64,000 bases of DNA, taken from assembly GCA_030295235.1 (NCBI GenBank), contig AP026143.1:434001-498000 (forward strand), in the 5' to 3' direction. A program made the translations under genes and the position numbers. This stretch comes from Fistulifera solaris. Lineage: Eukaryota. A model generated the notes under the pieces. The model ran no database searches. It saw only the letters and a program-made list of their open reading frames with translations, and was not told the origin of the DNA. Each line of letters opens with the position of its first letter. Position 1 is the stretch's first letter. This document shows positions 58,680-64,000 of this stretch, one piece after another.

Positions 58680-61166
58680 ATGAGCTCCCCTGCGCGACAA
58701 TCATCTCCTCCAAATAATTTCCACGTCAACAAAAAGGACGACGACCTGTTCCTCTGGAGGGAGGATATTACGTCGGAACCGATTCCTCGTATTCGATCCG
58801 AAGGAATCCCTCCGAAATCATTTCATGGGAATCGCCGTCAAAGACCTGGGGATGAATCGGTGCGTAATCTGCACAACTCCGTCCAGCAGTCTCTACTCAA
58901 GGAAGAAAAACGAAAAGTTATCCAACACAACGAAATAAAGCGATCTGCCTTCAAACAATTAACTTCGTTACGGACTTGGCCGCTGCAGAGTCGTGCTTTT
59001 CAACATTGGCGTGATCTGATGGACGAATACATGCACGACGACGGAAAATGGCGGGCTGAAGTGATTGACGGAAATTCCGAAAGTCAGGAGTCCGATACGT
59101 CCGATAAATCGGGTGGTTCTTTGTCGACTGCTTCGTCGGGAATCTCGGTACAAGATCCAAAGCGGGTATTGCGCGATACGAAACAGAGTCCGGCGAAAAG
59201 CAAGCTGAAAAATCAATATCGCAGCGAATTTGAAAAGGAACGCAATCTCTGTGCACCGCTTCCTACCAATCATGACTTTGGACCACCGCTCTGGTCCATG
59301 GAACCGCGGATATTTTCGAGTGAAAAGTCGGATACTGGAAAACGAAAATACATGGTGGGACATCTGGGGCGATTTTTGGACTATTACTGGTGTAAAGTGG
59401 ACCCTCAGCATCGCTTTTACTACGAATTGATTCCGGAGAATACGCCTTGTCGATTGTATCTGGACTTGGAATTTTCGAAAATTGCAAATCCCGGGATATC
59501 GAATCATGATGCTGAATTGTTGCTGGATGAACTGTTTATGGAGATGAAGTTTGAACTGGAAGATCAACTCGGTATACGGAATTTCGATCGCTCCCACGTG
59601 GTGGACCTCGAGTCAAGCACTGCCTCCAAATTTTCACGCCACTGGATTGTTCATCTACCGGATCAACAACTCTTCGCTCATACTACCGCAGTGGGTCATT
59701 TCATGCAACAATTTATATCTCGGCTTGCGAACGACCAAGCAACCAACATGTTGAAAGAACGAGGGCGCCACTTGTTGCAAAAGTATTTTTGGTTGCTGCC
59801 GCGCCTCGAAAACACAAAAGCAGGAAATGGAACCGAAGAAGACCTGCTTTATTGACGCTGGTGTGTACACAAAGAACCGCTTATTCCGTATCTTGGGTTC
59901 ACAGAAATTTGGAAAACCGCCATCCGCAGCTCTGCGCATCGCCGACAGAAACGAATTTCGCTTCCCAAACGGATTTTCGAATGAGCTTTTTACCTACCTG
60001 ATATACAGCGCAAGTCAGTTGAACAACGCAATGTTGACGTCGACGAGTCCCAGGAAGATACAGATCAAATTGAAAATGCAGTGGAAGAATTTAAAACAGC
60101 TACTGATTGGAAAAGCCACGCTGAAGCTTTGGCACAAACACTTGTTGTCCCTCTCAACTGGGCGAAAGTTGCTTATCCTATTCTACCTTTCGACCAAAGT
60201 GTACTGAAAGAAAGCGGCAGGGCAAAGACCAAGATTGCGGGTCAAAGTCGCGGAATGCCGTCCACAATGAGTCTGTCAGTGGGAAAGTCCCCCTATCCTC
60301 TAATCGACAACTTTGTGGAGAATCATCTTGGTGCAAGAGGTGGCATTCAAGGATCCATTCGGGCTTGGTCTATAGCTGAGGCTCCTTGTAAAAGTATCGA
60401 CAACGGCCCAAGTGCGCCCGCCTTTATAATCTACCAGATGAGTCGCAACCGTTGGTGTGAATGCATCGGACGCGCACATCGGAGCAACAATATTCAATGG
60501 ACTGTAGATCTACGCTTGTGGCACTGCACACAGTCATGTCATGACCCAGACTGTCGAATGCTTAGCTTTCGAGGTACGCCAGTGCCACTCCCACAAGTTA
60601 TTCGTGAGCAGGTGGAGGATCAAATCTTCGAAGAACAACTTGCCCGTGTGGACGAAGACACTCTGATAGATCAAGCCAGATCGATGACAAAAGAGCCCAC
60701 CCCTAGTCAATCACTTCAGACCGCATTGTCTTCCTTAACCATCACTGGCGACGCAGAAGAAAAAGAGAACGATCACGACTTCCTACCTTCGTATGAGAAA
60801 TCTGGAGAGGATTCATTCGAGCAGCAGCTGCTGAACTTAGACATTGCCGGTGGCGACCTCACGACAAAAGCAAAGGAAGCTTCACTTGATGCATGCGTCG
60901 GACTCTCTGAAGAGGACTCGTTTGAAGAGCAGCTTCTTCGTTTAGAGGAGACGATCACATCGACGCTGGAGAATGATCCATTGAAACCAGAAGACGTTGC
61001 CGTGTTGCACCCGCCAGAAGCGGAAGTGTCAAATGAAAAGATTAACATATCTGCGACCTCCAAATCGAAGACAGTCGAAGAGCACAAACCGTTGAAGGAA
61101 CCCGAATGCGAAGTCAGTGATGATGACGATGATTTCGATTTGCTAGCATTTGCAAAAGAGATATAA
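58680..61166 (+). CDS. PRIMPOL: DNA primase-polymerase PrimPol (frameshifts near 59790-59830 and 59990)
   Basis: AEP motifs YELIPENTPCRLYLDLEF, KFSRHWI and FIDAGVYTKNRLFR. UL52-type Zn finger RWCECIGRAHRSNN..CHDPDC. Confidence 0.92.
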
Positions 61167-61206
61167 GCTATAGTTATCAGTATGATTAGTTACTTTTTAG
61201 TTATGA

Positions 61207-62234
61207 CTATTGTTTATTCGTGAAGAAGTTGTCCTTCAAACTAAACAGAGCTTTCAAGCCTCTATCTAGAGCAGACTTGACTTCTTCCGTGGCCAAATTG
61301 ATGTTGCTACTTTCGATGGTTTTTCTCATGACGAAGCGCTTACATCGTTTCTGCTGCAACCAGAGGCCGGTCGTATCGTATCTCCGCCCTGTCTTATCTT
61401 CAAACAAAATTTCGTAACCTCGTTTGCGGTAGAATTCCAAAGCAAGTTTGTTGTCGTCTTCTACTTCCAAGGTGATTTCATTCTTGTTCCATCGCGCTAG
61501 AACTTCCTCTTCACAACGTTGTGCCAAAGCGGAACCGACGCCGGATCGCCGTGCCGAGTATTTGACAGACAAGTTGGTCAAGAATGGTCGTACCGATGAC
61601 GGACTTTTGCATCAGCGGTATTCTCTTGTTTTTGCAAAAAGGAAAGCAGGTTTGCTGATTGTCGCTTTTCTAGATTACTTTCATAGGGCCCCAGGCCGTA
61701 AGGCTTTTGTGTCACTTCCACAAAGCCTACCACTTCTCCCCGCACATAATCATCTTGCGGATTGCCAATAAAGTTATATACATGATCGAAGTCGAGCAAC
61801 AACGGTGCATTGTATTCCACATCTTCCGCCGGAACAATCGTCCGTGCCACTAACATGAAATTATTTTCCGCTTGCTGCTTTCTTCGTTGTTCCAGATCCC
61901 CCTGCTGCAAGGTTCTCAAGTACGCCAATTGATATTCTTTCCACGGTGCCGTATTATCTTTGCGACCGCCGTCATTGAAGAAGGCATCGATGCACATGTC
62001 CGATATTTCTCGATACACCCGTGGATGCGGTTTACTGGGAAGTGCTTCTATGACAAAGGGAATTCGGCCCGATTGTTGTTCCTCCGCTCGGTATTCCGAT
62101 GATTTTGTCGCAATCGCGTCCAGAAACGACGAACGGCGGGGTGTTGTGGAGGCAAAGGACACTTTAAAAGCATCGACTTTGTAAGTCAAAAGAGAGTAAT
62201 CAGCAGGAGTGAACACAGAGACAGTGTTGCACAT
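61207..62234 (-). CDS. GNAT-family acetyltransferase, probably plastid-targeted (frameshift near 61600; start uncertain)
   Basis: EVVGFVEV, then TNLSVKYSARRSGVGSAL..CE, LEVEDDNKLALEFYRKRGY; VDA-F signal motif. Confidence 0.8.
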
Positions 62235-62881
62235 TTCCGCCTTCGTCTTCGACGGAAATTGAGAAGGGAAGAACGAAGGTTTTGAGTATTTGCACTTCCT
62301 TCAGCAAATGGGCCCACAACGTTCTCGTCCCTCGGCAGCGCCATCGATTGACGTGAATCGGTTGTCATATAAGCAAGGCAAGTCTCGACAAATATGAGGC
62401 AATAATGATTACTCCTAACAATTACGACACCCGCCAACATCACCAGTATCGCAAAGGTTTTGTCGTCGGCCAACGCAGACCGCCGCGAAAAAAAGCAGCG
62501 CACGGATCGAGCACGCAGTCGTAATCAAGGAAACGCGATGAGACATGTCCAAGACAGTTTTTCTTCATAAACGGACGACGACTGACAACAACTCACGACA
62601 AAAAAATATCCAGTCGTGAGAAAGGTCGCCTACACTTCAGTCGGCACTATCACAGGAAGTATAATAATGAAGTGTAGTCGCGACACGTACGCGCTTCATT
62701 TTTCTTCTCATCATTTTCTGCATCATTTTTTGCACGATGTATGGTGAGGTTTTCATGACACCATGTCACGCTCCACCATAAGTCATCATCATCCATCATT
62801 ATCAGTTCTTCGCATCATGTCAAATATCATTTCTCGGCTGCATCCCACAAGCATTGAAGACAAGTCAGATCGTTAAGACAG

Positions 62882-64000
62882 ATGAGTGATAGTATGTCCG
62901 CGGAGATAGGGGCTCTTGCCCAATCCTCTTCCGATACAGAACAAAAGCAATTTATTGCTTCGAATATCCCTTCCAGCGAGACACCAAACGATGGTCTTTA
63001 CGAAGTCGGTCATTCTTTATCCAATGCGACTCTCTGTGATCCCACGGTTCGTCCAGACACGGCTTCGACGACCCGATCCGGTATGGAAGACATCGAGTCG
63101 GTGACGAATCGACTGCTGGGACTGCGAGGATTGCCACCCGGCACACTCGCCACTCTTTCCGAACACGAAATCAAACGTCTGTGCGCGCACGTTCGTCCTA
63201 TATTGCTACAGCAACCCATGTTACTCGAACTTGAAGCGCCAATGCAAGTCTGTGGAGATATTCATGGGCAATTTCCGGATTTGCTGCGATTATTTCAATT
63301 GGGTGGGTATCCACCGGAGTCGAATTATCTGTTTCTCGGGGACTATGTGGATCGAGGGAAACAGTCAATTGAAACGATTTGTTTACTATTGGCCTACAAG
63401 GTACTTTACCCGGATCACGTCTTTCTTCTCCGAGGCAATCACGAACATCCCGGAATTAACCGAATCTACGGCTTTTATGATGAATGCAAACGACGTTACT
63501 CGATCAAACTCTGGAAATCATTCTCCGATGTATTCAATTGCTTACCAGTTTCAGCTGTGATTGACGACAAGATAATATGCATGCACGGAGGATTATCACC
63601 CCAGCTCAGGTCGATAAAGAATATTGCGGATATAAGACGGCCTTGTGATGTCCCCACTGCCGGCTTAATGTGCGACTTGCTCTGGAGTGATCCGGATGAC
63701 ACAGTCTCAGGCTGGCGTACAAGTGATAGGGGCGTTTCTTTTGTCTTTGGAACGGACGTAGTACAAGACTTTCTGAGAGAGCACGACCTCGACTTGATCA
63801 TTCGGGCCCATCAAGTAGTCGAGGACGGATATGAGTTTTTCGCTGGAAGGGGACTCGTTACCTTGTTTAGCGCGCCAAACTATTGCGGTGAATTCGATAA
63901 TGCCGGCGGCATGATAGCAATCGCCGACGATCTCATGTGCTCATTTCAAATACTGAAACCGTCGCCTCGACCTTCGTGTCTACCGAAGCAATCACAGCAA
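62882..64000 (+). CDS. Ser/Thr protein phosphatase PP1-family catalytic subunit (runs off window end)
   Basis: Manual translation from ATG 62882 is open to 64000 and shows [51 protein letters not shown] and [14 protein letters not shown]. Confidence 0.95.
   Translation, partial: MSDSMSAEIGALAQSSSDTEQKQFIASNIPSSETPNDGLYEVGHSLSNATLCDPTVRPDTASTTRSGMEDIESVTNRLLGLRGLPPGTLATLSEHEIKRLCAHVRPILLQQPMLLELEAPMQVCGDIHGQFPDLLRLFQLGGYPPESNYLFLGDYVDRGKQSIETICLLLAYKVLYPDHVFLLRGNHEHPGINRIYGFYDECKRRYSIKLWKSFSDVFNCLPVSAVIDDKIICMHGGLSPQLRSIKNIADIRRPCDVPTAGLMCDLLWSDPDDTVSGWRTSDRGVSFVFGTDVVQDFLREHDLDLIIRAHQVVEDGYEFFAGRGLVTLFSAPNYCGEFDNAGGMIAIADDLMCSFQILKPSPRPSCLPKQSQQ

Noticed and set aside
58680..61166. PrimPol as a viral or mobile-element replicase
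   Set aside because: Its architecture (AEP plus UL52 Zn finger) is that of cellular PrimPol, it is flanked by host genes, and no capsid, integrase or packaging genes are present.
1476..63801. Numerous short antisense or overlapping ORFs in the supplied track
   Set aside because: They are shadows of better-supported genes on the opposite strand or in another frame, with no motifs of their own.

Overview
Gene-dense eukaryotic DNA, most likely from a pennate diatom. The evidence is short 64-72 nt GT-AG introns, bipartite plastid-targeting presequences, and an expanded intronless gene family resembling one I recall from Fistulifera; the taxon is an inference. Housekeeping and metabolic genes: DnaJ C-terminus, Patched/NPC1-like SSD protein, two GNATs, URI1, SAYSD1, CPI1, MpaB/Lcp-type oxygenase, ABC1K, PIG-S-like, YaaA, PUS7, ARL2, F-box, PrimPol and PP1. 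Accessory content: (i) eight head-to-tail, strongly diverged, intronless ~500-aa LRR/RNI-like paralogs at 11.8-26.7 kb, plus a pseudogenised ninth relative at 47 kb; (ii) two related non-coding arrays of a CCAGA-N3-TCTGG palindrome (33-bp and 52-bp units, 209-bp higher-order repeat) at 8.6-9.8 kb and 27.0-27.4 kb, which bracket the cluster and both lie in divergent promoters; (iii) an internally deleted Helitron (34.6-36.4 kb) carrying a nested hAT-type MITE with a perfect 8-bp TSD. Many conserved genes are broken by single-base frameshifts, usually at homopolymers. These are probably long-read assembly errors, so most broken ORFs should not be called pseudogenes.
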